A stretch of DNA of 63,411 nucleotides, the filler included, from Folioceros fuciformis (lineage: Eukaryota), in NCBI GenBank assembly GCA_049999805.1. It is 7 parts of 7 records of this genome, joined end to end, with 100 filler letters (N's around TTAATTAATTAA, not from the genome) between each part and the next. Parts side by side here need not be neighbours in the genome. Positions count along the whole stretch, not along the records: positions 1 to 30,548 come from JBNGIO010006406.1; positions 30,649 to 35,161 come from JBNGIO010006407.1; 5 more parts are not named here. The stretch is one strand, 5' to 3'. The position numbers and the translations under genes are program-made. Below, in pieces: positions 22,420-35,261 of the stretch. Each line of letters starts with the position of its first letter. Position 1 is the first letter of the stretch. The notes below the pieces were generated by a model. That model saw nothing but the letters and a program-made list of their open reading frames with translations. It was not told where the DNA came from and searched no databases.

Positions 22420-25400
22420 TAGTTCACATAGGATACACTTCCCTCCGATTGCCATTTTCCTCAATAAACCATCTACTTTAAAAAAAACTAAAACTTGGCT
22501 TGGTTTAGGATTGTGAAATGTCGTATTGGCAAAACATTCATGCTTAGGCTTGGTTGGAGTGAATCATATCAGCTGAGGGTTTTTCCCCGACCGAACGGCC
22601 CTCGGGGGACGGCGATGGCGCCGGGAATGATCTAGCCCGGTGGCTCAATGGAGTCGGCGAGCCCCCCACGGGGGGGTTCAACAGGTAGCACATGGGTGGC
22701 AGTAGTCGGTTTGTGCTTTAATAAACAGAAGGCGCAGGAGATAAACGAGGGGGAGAAGGAATCTAACCCTTCTGATGATAGCCGGAAAAATGTCGCGGCA
22801 AAGAAAGGCTCATAGGTACGATCGGATGACTTGGATTTTGCGCAGGCACAGGCACATGTGCAGCTGGGCCCTTCCCAAGAGTATGCCTCGGGTTCGACAA
22901 AGAAGGGTCAGGGTTACAGCTGGGTCCGCTCACAAATGTGCTAACTGAGGTGAGATTCTTTCAAAAGGAAGAGGACAAGCTTGCTGCCAGCTTGGTTGTG
23001 GGGAAGCTCCTATCTGGTGGTCCTCCTACCATGAAGGAATTGGAGGACTGGGTGGCTCAGGTAACGGGTTGCTCCCCTGCATATGTTTTCTTGAAAGGAG
23101 ACGGTTCCTTCCAGATAAAGTGTGACGAGGCCGTTGGGGCTCATGCCCTTTTGCAAACGACGCTGATAGTCCGAGACTCTGTCCCGATGGTGGTGGAGGC
23201 CTGGTCTCCTGGGAGTACAATCACGCAATCTAAAATCAAGCAGCATTTTTTGTAGGTGGGTCTACCAGCCTTGCCGGTTCAACTCATCCCCATGATTCGC
23301 AAAATCCTGGAGACCTGGTGGTGGAGGTCCCTAAGGTGGATTCTCGTTTCTTCGATAGCAGCAAACCACGTCGCTTTGGGGTGAGGGTGGATAGCCTTCA
23401 GGCTTTACCGGAAGGGGTTGTTGTTCGGGATCTGGAGGACCCGGCTAAGTGCTTTACTCAGCTTTTCGATTACCCTGACCTCCATATCAGGTGCGGGGTG
23501 TGTGGCTTGCAGAACCACCTTAAGCAGGCCTATCCTCTTCGAGCTAGATCGGGAGGCAATAGGGACAGGACAAAGCAGGCGCAGGTGCCGTCAGGCCCCC
23601 TGTCGGGATTCAAAGGAACCTCTATGAAGCCCGGGAAGACTACCCCTGGCACACGGCGGTGGGCAATCAAAATTCAGAAAGACTTCTTCTCGGGGAATGG
23701 TGTGGTAAATAGTGCGCAGTCTAAGCTTTGCGTGCTCCTGAGGAAGAAAGTGGACAATAAGTACTTCTATTGGATGCCGACAGGGGGAGAACTTAGAGCC
23801 TTGCCTACGCGTTCTTTCCAGATAGGGGGGTCGTCGGAGGGTCAGTTGCCTGAGCTTTGGAGAACAGTTAAGCTGAAAGTCAGAAGTATGTTGCAGGCCG
23901 GTTTGGGATTTGATGAGCAGGCAGTTGTGAGCTTAAATGGGAAGAAGATCTGATATATGAGGAGGCGGTTCCTATGGAGGAGGATCTTGGCAGGGTAGTG
24001 CTAACACGGCCAACTAGGTCGTCACCAGCAAGGGGTCCCAAAGGCCCTGCAAGTGATGGCAAGGTTATAGCCGGGGGACCTTACTAAAGGAGGGGTGCTT
24101 ATCAGCTTGCTCACCTCGAATCGCATTAGGGTTCCTCAGGTATCTTTCAGGAAGCAAGCCCGGTCGGGGTAGAAGCATGTTCTGAGCCCTTAGGAGAACG
24201 AGAGAAGGGCGAAGTACTTATGGCAGTTGATAAGGAGTCCATCCGGGGTGGGGTGAGACGGTCTTGGACATTGGTCAGCCAGGGATCGAGGCAGAAACCT
24301 GGATCAGGCCTTCAGGGGGAGCTTCAACCGGGGGGTAAAAAATCCAAGGCAGGGGAGTACACAAAAAATAGTTCTAGTTTGGAACATCGTAACCCAGTGC
24401 TACAGCAGGGGGATGTTGAGGACTGTGGGTGTCTCCCAGGCAGACACCAAGAACCAGGAGCTGAAGGTGGTTCTGTTCAGCCTGAAGGTCCAGGGGGTAA
24501 AGTGGTCCCGCAAGCCCAGCAAAGCGGGGTGAGTTTTCCCATGGGCGAAGTGCCTGCCAAGGAAAAGGAGACTCAGGAAGGTGGTACTAGGGAGTCGTCG
24601 GGGAGGGGAGGTTACGTGAAGAATTTGTCCCTGGGTGCTCCACTGCCCAGTCCCTGGATGCTAGGCTCTTCGGCTCCCGGGTGTGGGGTCCAAAAAGTTT
24701 TTCTTCTTCCTTTTTTATGGAGGAAACTGTAACCGCTCCTCGGGAGAAGCAAGAATGGGAATCCAACGGTGAGGTGGGGGGGGCCAGGCAGGAGGATTCC
24801 CAAGTCAGGAACATCCAGAGAATCTTTCAGGAGGGTGCTGGTAATTGTCAAGCTTGGGAACGGTCCAATTAGTCTTCTCCTCAAGAAGGAGATGGGTTGA
24901 TTGGGGAATTAATGCAAACTTCCCCGTCGATACCGAACTGGAAAGTGTGTGAAACCAAGGAAAACGGTGGGGACACGGCGGTGTGTCAATCAGTAGGTGG
25001 ATCTAGGGCTGTAGATCAGCCTAGGCAGCTTTTACAAATACTCAAGAGGCAGTGGGCAGATGGCGATTACTCTCCAGCGGTTCTCAACAGTGCCGGGGCG
25101 GGTAAGGTCGTTGCCTCCCAACAAGGCTATGAAGCAGAAGTGGAATTCGTAAGGGAAGGCTGGAAGGTCGAGTCCGCCTCGGATCTGGAGGCGGGGCCGG
25201 AACAAGATGATGCTAGTCGGGGGGAGTGTGGACAACACAGTGGATATGGCCAGGGGGCTTCTGGGTCCTGCTCTCAAGCCAAGTTGGGAGCACAGATACA
25301 CGTGGGAAGCGGGGTAGGGTGTGACCAGTCAGGCTGGGGGAAAACGGGAGACCAGCTGTTTTCCAGTGTCAAAGGAGATCATGTTGGGTTTTTTCAGGAA

Positions 25401-26119
25401 GAGACGCAGGTGTTGGCTGGAAGTCTCAGCGACTCGCTCCAGACGACAGCTGTTGCTGAGCATGTGGGGACGACACGGCGGGAAGACAGGGAGAGGGCTC
25501 AGCTGGCGAGCACATGATGAGATTTGGAGAGAACGACATGTTGATTGCAGGGGAACGGGAGGTTGAAAGGCAAACTAAAAGGTCCCTGGCCTTCAGAGTC
25601 GATAAGGAGGAAGGCTCTTCCACGGGCGGAGCTGCTGAAGTCGCAACCAGCTGTGGAGCTTTGTTCGGTGTGCCACCTCAGGTCCCGCACCCACAGGGCT
25701 TGGTGTTTCCGGCTCATTCGAACCAGCACTAGGGATTAGAGCTGGGTTCTTTGCACACGGCGGTGGGCGAGGTGCTGGAGAAGAACTCAGAGGTGGAGGA
25801 GCTACCGGTATCCAGGGTCAGAACTTCCCAGGCGGGGACCTCTCAGGGAGGGGAGGTGGTTTCACCTGGAATTCCCCCGGCCAGGCTCAGAAGTGTGAAT
25901 CATGTGACTGTCCTTGGGGTTGATAATGTGGGAGGTCAGGTGGAGGATCTTCTTCGTGAATAGAAGGGCAGTGGTTATGAACCCTCTAGGGGTCTGGGGC
26001 CTAGAGGCGAACTTCTGGCCTGGCAAGGGGAGAAGAGCCTCGGGTCGGATGAAGAACTAGCAAGGAGAAGGGCAGATCTGGAAGGGGATTTGGCTGGCAA
26101 CCCCACCGCCCTGCTCTAG

Positions 26120-28513
26120 GTGGAGTTTGCTAATGGCATTCGCAGGGATGCCACGATGGGAGATCAGGTGTTGCGCTCAGCTTGTGAGCAAAACACGAGT
26201 TCGGCGGTGAAGGAAGGCATGCTGGTAGGTGGTCCGATGGAAGAAGGTGTTGAAAGGTCCCAAACCTTAGGCATGGGGGAGGATGTGCGGGCGTTCATGG
26301 ACGAAGCTGCAGAAGCCAAGTCTGTTTGTGGAGTCACGTTGGGGATACACTCTCACAGCGTCCGCTTATGGGGTGTGGAGGATTTGTCTTCTTCGCACTC
26401 GAACTGGACACCAGGACAGGATGCCTCATGCCCGGGGGGTGGAGGAATTTCGAGGAAGAAGCACGAGGCGGAGGAGCCACAGGCTCTCAGGGGCGGAGCT
26501 ACCCAGGCCGATTCTGTTCAGGGAAGGCAGGTGGTGGAGGCTGAAAGTTCTCTCGTCAATCGCACCGTAACAGCGGCTGCTTCTTCCGTCCTCGAGGACG
26601 CTGTCGAGGATAACCAGGTGGTGGAATCACGTCGTGAGCTTGCGACACCCCCTGAGGTGCAGGACGCGATCCACGATGGTGAATGGGTGGCGGGAAGGAA
26701 AGGTAGATCCCTCGTCGCCGGGATCGGGGAGGAACAGTGGACATGCACGGGAGGAGAGGCAGTGGCGGTCACTCTCACTGCTATATCGCCGGGTCTTTCT
26801 TCCCAGGTGCTCAGCCCTCAAGGTGTGATGGAGCTATCTCCTTCGGGTGTCAGTAAGAGGCTGGAGTCCGGAATGCCTTCAAGGGTGGTGGATGCAGATA
26901 GTTTTAGGCGTCCAGAGGAAGAATGTCCTCAGGGCTTCAGGGGAAAGATGAGCCAAGCCGAAACCTCTCAGGGAGGGGAAGCATTGGGAGCTACTTACCT
27001 CCCTGAAGCAGTCAAGGTGGACGTCATTGAAGCAGGGTGTGGGGAGGCCGGCAGGGAAGGGATTAACAAGCCGCCTGCCTACAAGAGCATGGAGGAGGAT
27101 GGGACGACGGCCGGTGCTGCTTCCTTTGATCACGCCTGGATTGGAGATGCAATAGATGCTGCTTCTCAGGAGCTATATGTGCGTGCTTTGGAGACGCGGT
27201 TGCTACCAAGTTTCAGCTGGGGGTCAGGACCTGGGGCTCTTTCCAGGGCGGCTGGTGAGGACGTGGGGAGGAAGCGGGTCTCTATTTTCCAGGGGTTGAA
27301 GTTGCCGGGCTCCTTGGAGTCGGAGTTATCACCTGGCAGCGAGATAAAAATGGCTCCTCGGGCTTTAGTGCAAGAGCGGGATTCTAGCTGCGCTGCTGGA
27401 ATGGAACCGGGAGCGAGACCGGTCCACGCTCTCATTACTGATCAAACAACGCTTGATTCAGTTTGGGTGCCAGTAAAACAAAGTACTACGGAGGTGGCTA
27501 TGGGGCAGAGGACCCGAGTCTCAGTGAATCCGCCATCAAGGCCTCAGCGACAGGACCAGATTGATGTGGCCAAGGCCAGGAAAGAGTTGAGCAAAGTGAT
27601 ACAACGGATGGCCAAGGACATAACTTCCCCGGATGAGAAAAAGAGCAACGTGGTAGCAAAGCTGAGGGGAGGAATTCGGGAGCATGGGCAGGGCTTAACT
27701 GGGAAGATGTTGGATCTCTTGTGCGAGCGTGCAAACCGCAATTCCGATGTGGGAGTGGATTCCAGGGAAGTTGGAACAGGTTCATTGAACCTGGCAAAGC
27801 CTCGGCCTGATTGCGTTAACCCCATTATGCGAGATAACGCTGTCTATGCTTCCAAGGACGACCTGTTCTCCACTCCGAATGCAGAGGACGACGAGGATGG
27901 GGACCTTGTCTGGCATGAGGTCCAAGCCGTCTTTTCTGGGGATGAAGGCGGCTCCTCTCCATTAAGCCCATGGAAAAGGAGCTGGGACCCAGCCAGGGCG
28001 GCGCGGCAACGATGCTGTCCTTCAGGGCCGGTGGCTCCTATAGTGCTAAGTGGCCAGGAAAGCCGGACCAAGGAAGAACTAGCCAAGCGGAAAGGCAAAC
28101 AATATGCTGTCAATCTCACAGTTACGAGGAAAATCCAGGACTCTTGCTCGTATCTGGCAAAGTTGGGTGGTGAGGGGGAGTTGCTCCCCATCATCATTCC
28201 ATTGCAGAAATTGCACTCAGGGCAAGAGAGGATTTTTGGCGCCTTGGCATCCGAAGGAGTTCTTGCGGGTAAGGAAGGCAAGGAGGTGGAGTTTTTCAGC
28301 AGTATATACCAAACGGGTGACAGTTACTTCGCTAACGTCCATCTCAAACAGTCATGTGGGCCAACTTTGCCGCTTACTCCTGAACGGAGGTGGGCCCTAG
28401 ATGTGCCGCGGGCGAAGGGTAGGGCCTGGGCTCCGAACATGGTAGTTGAAGAGGCTGAGAGGCTCTCCGGAGAAGAGGGCAGAAATGTTGCACCCGGCGT
28501 CCGTAAAATCTGA
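26120..28513 (+). pseudogene. Largest open remnant (797 aa) of the extended LINE ORF1 region; mostly low-complexity Gly/Ser/Glu-rich
   Basis: Lies between the ORF1 zinc knuckle and the ORF2 endonuclease on the same strand, in the same frame as the 25514 and 25751 fragments. Confidence 0.55.
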
Positions 28514-28638
28514 GCGGCCTCAAAGAATGTCCCTGGAGCCTAAAGCTCATAATTAGCTGCCTCGATCTCAACTCTTGTCTGCAGTTAGGTTGCGTAAACC
28601 TGTTGCGGTGCGGAAGCGGTGCGGAAGCTCCCAAGCAA

Positions 28639-28718
28639 ATCCTGATAAATGGGTCTAGATCCTAGTAAATGGGTCTAAATCCTGATAAATGGTTCTAGAT
28701 CCTGATAAATGGATCTAG
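28639..28718. repeat. 20-bp tandem repeat, 4 copies, in the LINE ORF1-ORF2 spacer
   Basis: atcctgataaatgggtctag repeated four times with few substitutions. Confidence 0.9.
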
Positions 28719-30548
28719 ACACCTTAAAGGACTATGAGAGGGGGGCACACCTGTGAATCATTTTGTCAGGGGCCTGGGGAGGATGGTCAAAGATGGCTTC
28801 TAAGTGTAGGAGGTTAAAGTACCTGATAGACGAGGAGGTTATTTGGGATATTGTTTGCCTTCAAGATCACAAGCTCGGAGCATATCCAAAAAGTGAAGAA
28901 GCTATTCCTGCCAGGTAGAATTGAATGGGTGGCAGCTAGGGCAGAGCAAACAAGCAACAGTGTCCGCAACCCGGGGAGGTATTTCCATAATTGTTCACCC
29001 AGAGTATACTCATAATATCTTGGAGTCAGGTCAAGATGAGGGTGGTAGGTTTGTGTGGATGATGCTGCAAATGCATCAAGGCCTGCTCAATATCTGCAAT
29101 ATTTATGCTCCCAATGCTGTCTCCGATAGGAGTAGCCTCTGGTGTAGTCTTGGGGAACAACTGGATGAGCAGATCCTGTGGATGCTGGCCGGGGATTTCA
29201 ACTTTGTTGAAAGGCGGGAAGATATCCGAGGGGAGAGCCCAGAAGACATTCGGTTTGTGCCCATGTCCTGGCATGAGATGAGGGATACTGTCTTGGCTAT
29301 ACAGGATCCGTGGCTGGCTCTTCCAGCGCATCGTCAGCCGCAGTCCTTGAAGTTTAGCTGGTCTAACCAACAACAGCAAAATTTGGGAGCGCGTAGATTG
29401 GATAGGTTCTATGTCCCAGGTGGTTGGTTGCCACTGGTGCAATCGTATAGCATCCTCGTTGGTACGATCCTTTCGGGCCATCATCCAATCAGCTCGCACC
29501 TGAGACTTGCTCCTATCTCGAGGGCGGCAAAGGAGGCAGATGCAAACCTTTCGGATGAACACGTCCTTGCTTAGGAAGGAGTGTTCGAGGAGGTTAAAAG
29601 CATCTGGCAAGGGATAGAGAAGGGGGAAGAACTTGTTGTTTCCAGGTTGATTTGTGCTAATAACGCCGGGACTAGGTATTTGAGGAAATGGGGGGTTCAA
29701 CGGGTGAAGGAGTTGTGCCAACAAGAATGTTTTTGGAGAGGGGAACTAAGCTGGTTGCAAAGGAGCTATGAGGAGCGGGACTTCACAATTGAAGAGGAAG
29801 CTCGGAAAACGGAGGTACAATGCGCTTTGGCCAAGCTGGAAGAGGACAAAGCCAAAGGTTGGTTTAAACGGGCAAAGGTTAAGTGGGTAAGGGAAGGAGA
29901 CGGTCCGTCTAAATTCTTTTTTCATAAGGTGGTTGCAAATCAGCGCAAGTCACGTATTCATGCGCTCCTGAACGCGCAAGGAGTGGTGCAAGATTCACTT
30001 GAAGGTTTGAAAAAGCTCATCACCTTCTTCTTTGTGGGGATTTTTTTTAGCATCGGGAAGTTGACTAGGTGGGAACAGCTTTGGTCTTCTTCCTACGGGA
30101 CCTTCTCGGCTAAAGTGTCACAAGACCAGCGCACGACGTTGGATAAGCCGATCAATGCAGACGAAGTTCTCCAAGCTCTGAAGGGGATGCCAAGGAATAA
30201 GTCCCCGGGACATGACGGTATCCCGCCCGAGTTTTTGCTTTGGGTGTGGGAGTTCATAGAGCCTTTATTCATGGAGGCGGTGGACATGATCTGGGAGGAA
30301 GGTAGCATGGGGAGTTGGTTTAACATGGGGGTCACTGCCTTGCTCCCTAAGCAGGACGCCAGTCTATCAATCTCCAATTGGCGTCCAATCACGTTGCTGA
30401 CAACTACGTACAAGGTGATTGCTAGGGTTTTGGCCAACCGCATCAAGCCTTTTATGGACGACTGTATTGAGAAAGAGCAATGAGGGTTCATCCAAAATAG
30501 ATGCATCTTGGACAACCTTCTATTCTTGCGGGAAGGTAAGTATAATAC

Positions 30549-30648
30549 NNNNNNNNNNNNNNNNNNNNNNNNNNNNNNNNNNNNNNNNNNNNTTAATTAA
30601 TTAANNNNNNNNNNNNNNNNNNNNNNNNNNNNNNNNNNNNNNNNNNNN
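30549..30648. other. Artificial scaffold-join spacer N44-TTAATTAATTAA-N44 (also at 35162-35261, 38314-38413, 49903-50002, 55158-55257, 59763-59862)
   Basis: An identical 100-bp structure occurs six times, and the 12-mer supplies stops in all six frames. Confidence 0.97.
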
Positions 30649-33600
30649 TTCACTATTGCAAGGGACATCAAGCAACGGTTGGCAGATACAGACTCTAAGC
30701 CTGAGGTAATTTGTTCTTACTCAGTTGCCAGGAATGGATCTTTAAATGAGCGTGATTCAATCCAACTTTGTGCCTGCAAAATAGTAGTGACGGATTCGTT
30801 GAATGCAGCCTCCAAGCATCAAGATCAACAAGCCAGATCAGACTAAGGGTCCCAACCAGGGCAAGCAAAAGAGCGCTTGCTGCAGTTCCTGAGGCAGATT
30901 CCACATGTGGTTCAGCTGAACGGGAAACTGCTGTTTGGGGATACTTTGATGGCTGGTGGCATACACGTTTTGAATGGCCGAGTGTAGGATGCTTAGTTCC
31001 GTTGTGTCACTTGCCGTCCAGCGAGCCGCCATTCTGAGTCTTTGAAGCTGTTTCAAGCGGATTAGCGACGGACTGTTTGCATTCACAGTGCTTATTCTTT
31101 TGAGTATCATTTGGCTGTCATGAAACACTCATTCTTTCACTGCATTAGTTTCCTCCTGTCTTCTACAGGGAACTGTGCAGAAGGATGCTGTGTCACTTTG
31201 ACACGTCTATGTGCTGTTGGTAGGATTATTTTTCACCTGATGGGTGTGTGGGATTATGGTTAGCGTAAGTAAAGTCTGACGAACTTGTCGTCTACGTTGA
31301 GGTTCGACTGCACTCTGAGCAGACCCCACGAGACCCGCTAGCAAGGTAGTCTGGCACGTCTTGTGGCTAGGCGGAAGGTAAACCGCGTGGTTTCTGCCCC
31401 GTGCGAAAATGCCCATGTTGGTGCCCTTATCGTACGGCATAACCCAGTCTCATACCAACCGGAGGTCGGACTTACATGGGGAAGTACTCCTCCGAGCACG
31501 CAACGAAGAAATCAGTTGTGACAAAAGGATGGCTTTCTCTCATTGCTGGTGTTTAGTCCCGCGATCTCGTCAGGGCGCTAGAGAATCCACGCTGGGAAAC
31601 GCTTTGGACACGCTCAGGAAAGAGCAGGGTAATCCTATTTTCGCATGAGTTTCACGTAGCATCTTCTCCCCCACCACACATCTAACTTGGCTGCAGCATA
31701 CGCACTTTCGTAAGGCTATTGAGCTAGCACCCAAACTAAAGAGTGGGCGTATGGGAGGTTGGCGTTGGAGGAGGTGTGCGTAGTGATCGCGATGTACACT
31801 ACAATAACGTGACGTTTTGTGTAGGTTGACTTGTACGTCAATGGTATTGACGCATGTGACATTCATGCCAACCATGAGGGCGAAGTTGAAACAGTGGAGG
31901 CAAGTCTAGAATGGATACCGGGTGCGGCGGATGACAGTTGCAAATAAGGACATCTCACCCATGTCCTTGTGATCTCTTTCCAAGAAGAAGAGCGATTGCA
32001 GGGGTTATTGCGACCACCTCTATATGGCACACTGGATTATGACATTCGAGAGTGTGATGTTGGTGGCCCACAAGGTACGAGGCTTCGTTTGCTTCTTTTG
32101 TTGTTATTGTTACCTTGCAAATTGCAATTGCTATTAATCACTACCACACTCTTTTTGTGGGTCGTGCAAACACTATAGGTAGAATGAGAAATTTTGGGAT
32201 ACGGGATGGGCTCGTATCCTACCACTTCGAGTTTTTGCCCAATGAGTGGTTTGGATTGCTTTTCTTTTCTTTCCTTTTGTGTCTTTTGAGTCCAGTTTGA
32301 TTTTCCTTGGTCTTTGGTGGTCAACTTACAAGCTCATCATACCTATGCATATAGTAGGTTTGAGATGTCAACATTGCTGAACCATATTTCACTTGTCTAC
32401 ACTATGATTTGTATTAGGAGTAGTGGAATTGTTATAAGGGCAATTAGTTTGATTTTGTAGGTTCAACCTACGGCTATCATAGGTATAGTTTTGTAGGTGT
32501 TTGTAGTGTTGTTTAACAATTCTACAAGTCAGTAGGAAAATAAGTCCTAAGTTTAACAGGATGTCAAGAGTTAAGCGTCAATTGGTGTCAATTAAGTTTC
32601 CCGCAAATAATAAACCTACGTAGTGGGTAAGTCGAGAACCAAAAGGTCAATATGAAATTAGGCTAAATCTAGAAACATTCTCTATATGTGTGAGCTTGCA
32701 TAGTGGCAATAGGAGGCAGGAGATGAACTTGAGTGGCAAGTACAGTTTGTGGCGAGTGTAATAACAATGAACGACCTCACTTTAGACTTACTGTCTTTGC
32801 ATGCAGTGACATTGCCAATTTGCGGAGAGGCAAATGATTGATGGAGGAAGATTTTGCACACTCTTTCTTGAGGGGTTGACCTCTTTTCAATACTAGCTGG
32901 GATTTCGTAGGCCAAGGAGAACTCAGGCAAATTTCTAGGTATGCAGCAAGGAGGACTCTACTAGCTTTGGTGTTTTGGAAGCAGCCAATAGTGTCTATAA
33001 GATGGTCAAGGCTACCAAAACGACTTAAGCAAGGCATAATGACAAGACTTGCAAGAGAAGTGGGGAAACTCATACTTTAGAGGGATGACTACCAACAGCG
33101 ATCGATCGCCATGGGACTTGTTGGATTTGGAGGAGTTGGAGATGACCATGGAAGAGGAGAGAGTCCACCTACACAGCAAGATTTTAAAGACCAACCAAGG
33201 TTTGCTATAGATTGCAAGAAGGAAGGCAATCAGACCACATGATGATGACAAAGCAGGGTTCAAGAAAGCCATCCCTCCCATGTCATAGTGGAAGAAGGAT
33301 AGTGATATGGATGCTGAGGATTTTGAATGGGAGGAAGTGTCATAACAAGAGGAGAAAGAATGGGCACAAGAAGCTACAAAGATGTTGTCTAACTTGCCAG
33401 ACCCACTATATTAGAAGTGACTTACCACTGAAACACTTGCGAAGAAGGAAGGGAGTATGCGCACAAATGGTGGAGGGGGATAACCCGAGAAGGATAACAC
33501 TCCAGCGGAAGGAGGAAAGGAACCTAAGAAGCTCCAAGGAGTAGCACAAGAGGTCAATGTGTAGACAAAGAGCAAACCTATAGGCACCAAAGGTAGCCCT

Positions 33601-35000
33601 ACGCAAGTGGAAAGTCAGAAGTTGGAAAAGGGCACCCACATTGCGGTTGCGACTATCTCAGAGGTCCAAGAGGCAGGGCATCTTCCTTTGCAAAGTGATT
33701 CAATCCCAATCAGTGCCTCTGCAACAACATCCAAGGAGACTCCCTCTTCGAAGAAATCAGCGATTTCTGCTCAAACAACAAATAAAGGAGGAATATAGCT
33801 TTGCTATGGGTGACAATTGAATCTTTGGATATATAAATAGCCAATTTCCTCCTAGTTAGGTGGGATACTAACTAGACTGCTTTTTGGTTTCGCTTTAAGA
33901 ACATCATCAATTTATTGCCTCCTAGCTAAACAAGATACTTACCACATTGCTTTTAGGTTTTACTTTAATAACGCCATCGACGTCTAGGTACTTAACCTAG
34001 ATTAAATAGTAGGCCAAGAGTATAAGGTGGGCTGGGATCGCTCATCTCAATGTGGTTTTCTAGAGCTGTGAAAGGCTTTCTTGTGTGATGTTTCTAGACT
34101 TGGTTCACGGAGTCCTTGTATGCTAATTTTTGAAGGATTAAGTCTTTCATTCTGAAGGGATTATCACTCCAGCCTTTCACTCCAATTTTCTCATTGGTGG
34201 TGTTATTCAGTTTCAAACATCGAGGATAGCAACGTGCTCATAGGTAGTATATGCATTGTTGTATGTGTATACTACCTTAGAGGGTACGGACTTCCTCCTT
34301 GACATGTACCGCTTGCACCTAGCCTTGACGATCTTGTGCAAGGAGTGCATGAGCGACACGGAGCCATTAAGACTTACATATAGTTGCGAAGGGAGAGGGA
34401 GGCCACTCCTTGGACATGGACCAACATGTGTCTTCTATGGTTTCTGTAGTTGTTTGGGGTCTACAACAATGTGGCATTACCTACAAAGTCCTCATGGGGT
34501 ATTTTGGTGTGATGGCATTATACCCAATCTTGTCCTAAAGGGATATGGTAATAAGACAATGTGGCTTTCTCTCCCCCCTAGATATGTCGTACATTCATGG
34601 GCTTCTCCACTATCGATGCATCTAAGGACATGCTCTTAGGCTTTGATTAAATGGATGTGAAAGCTCCTACAATCACTTGGTCACTTGCATCGAGGGGATG
34701 GTCTTTGTTGCCATTGAAACCTTGGTAACATAGGAAACTCTAGCCTCAAACCCTGAAATAAAACATCTGATAGATGGTCATTGTTTTTGTCAAATTAAAG
34801 TGATCACACATGTGTCAAAAAGAAAATTGTGTAAGACAAGAAAGTTGTGATGGTTAGCGTGGAAGGCCCATAAGGAGACACCAAATGCATATCGTTATAT
34901 TTATGATAGATGAAAGTCCGTATGTGAGGTTACAGCAAGGGTGTTTAAATGGGAAGGTATTAGCAAGGATGTTGTGAGTGTGAAGGTCGTATTTTCTATT

Positions 35001-35161
35001 ATTGAAAAAGAGATGGAAAGTCCTATCTATTCCAAAGATTGGAGGAATAAACCCATAATAGAAAAAGAGATGGAAAGTCCTATCTATTCCAAAGATTGGA
35101 GGAATAAACCCATAATAGAAAAAGAGATGGAAAGTCCTATCTATTCCAAAGATTGGAGGAA
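35001..35161. repeat. 57-bp tandem repeat, at least 2.8 copies, running into the gap
   Basis: gaaaaagagatggaaagtcctatctattccaaagattggaggaataaacccataata starting at 35004, 35061 and 35118. Confidence 0.92.
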
Positions 35162-35261
35162 NNNNNNNNNNNNNNNNNNNNNNNNNNNNNNNNNNNNNNN
35201 NNNNNTTAATTAATTAANNNNNNNNNNNNNNNNNNNNNNNNNNNNNNNNNNNNNNNNNNNN

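Larger units (their letters stand above)
22575..30548 (+). mobile_element. L1/Tx1-type LINE, decayed, 3' end lost at assembly gap
   Basis: ORF1 has a DUF4283-like segment (LVVGKLL...LEDWV...VEAWSP) and a zinc knuckle CGVCGLQNHLKQAY. ORF2 has an AP-endonuclease (VRGLG, DIVCLQDHKL, NIYAPN, LAGDFN, RLDRFY, SGHHPI) and the start of the RT (KSPGHDGIP, NWRPITLL, LANRI). It has stops and frameshifts; the 5' boundary is approximate. Confidence 0.9.

Noticed and set aside
30593-30604. Recurrent TTAATTAATTAA motif (six times)
   Set aside because: It is always centred in 44+44 Ns, so it is an artificial six-frame-stop linker. Adjacency across these spacers should not be read as biological.
30649-34700. 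Short ORFs and purine-rich coding-like remnants (e.g. 30838-31128, 32700-33800, 34256-34639)
   Set aside because: Heavily interrupted with no diagnostic motif. Probably old TE debris, but not assignable without a database search.
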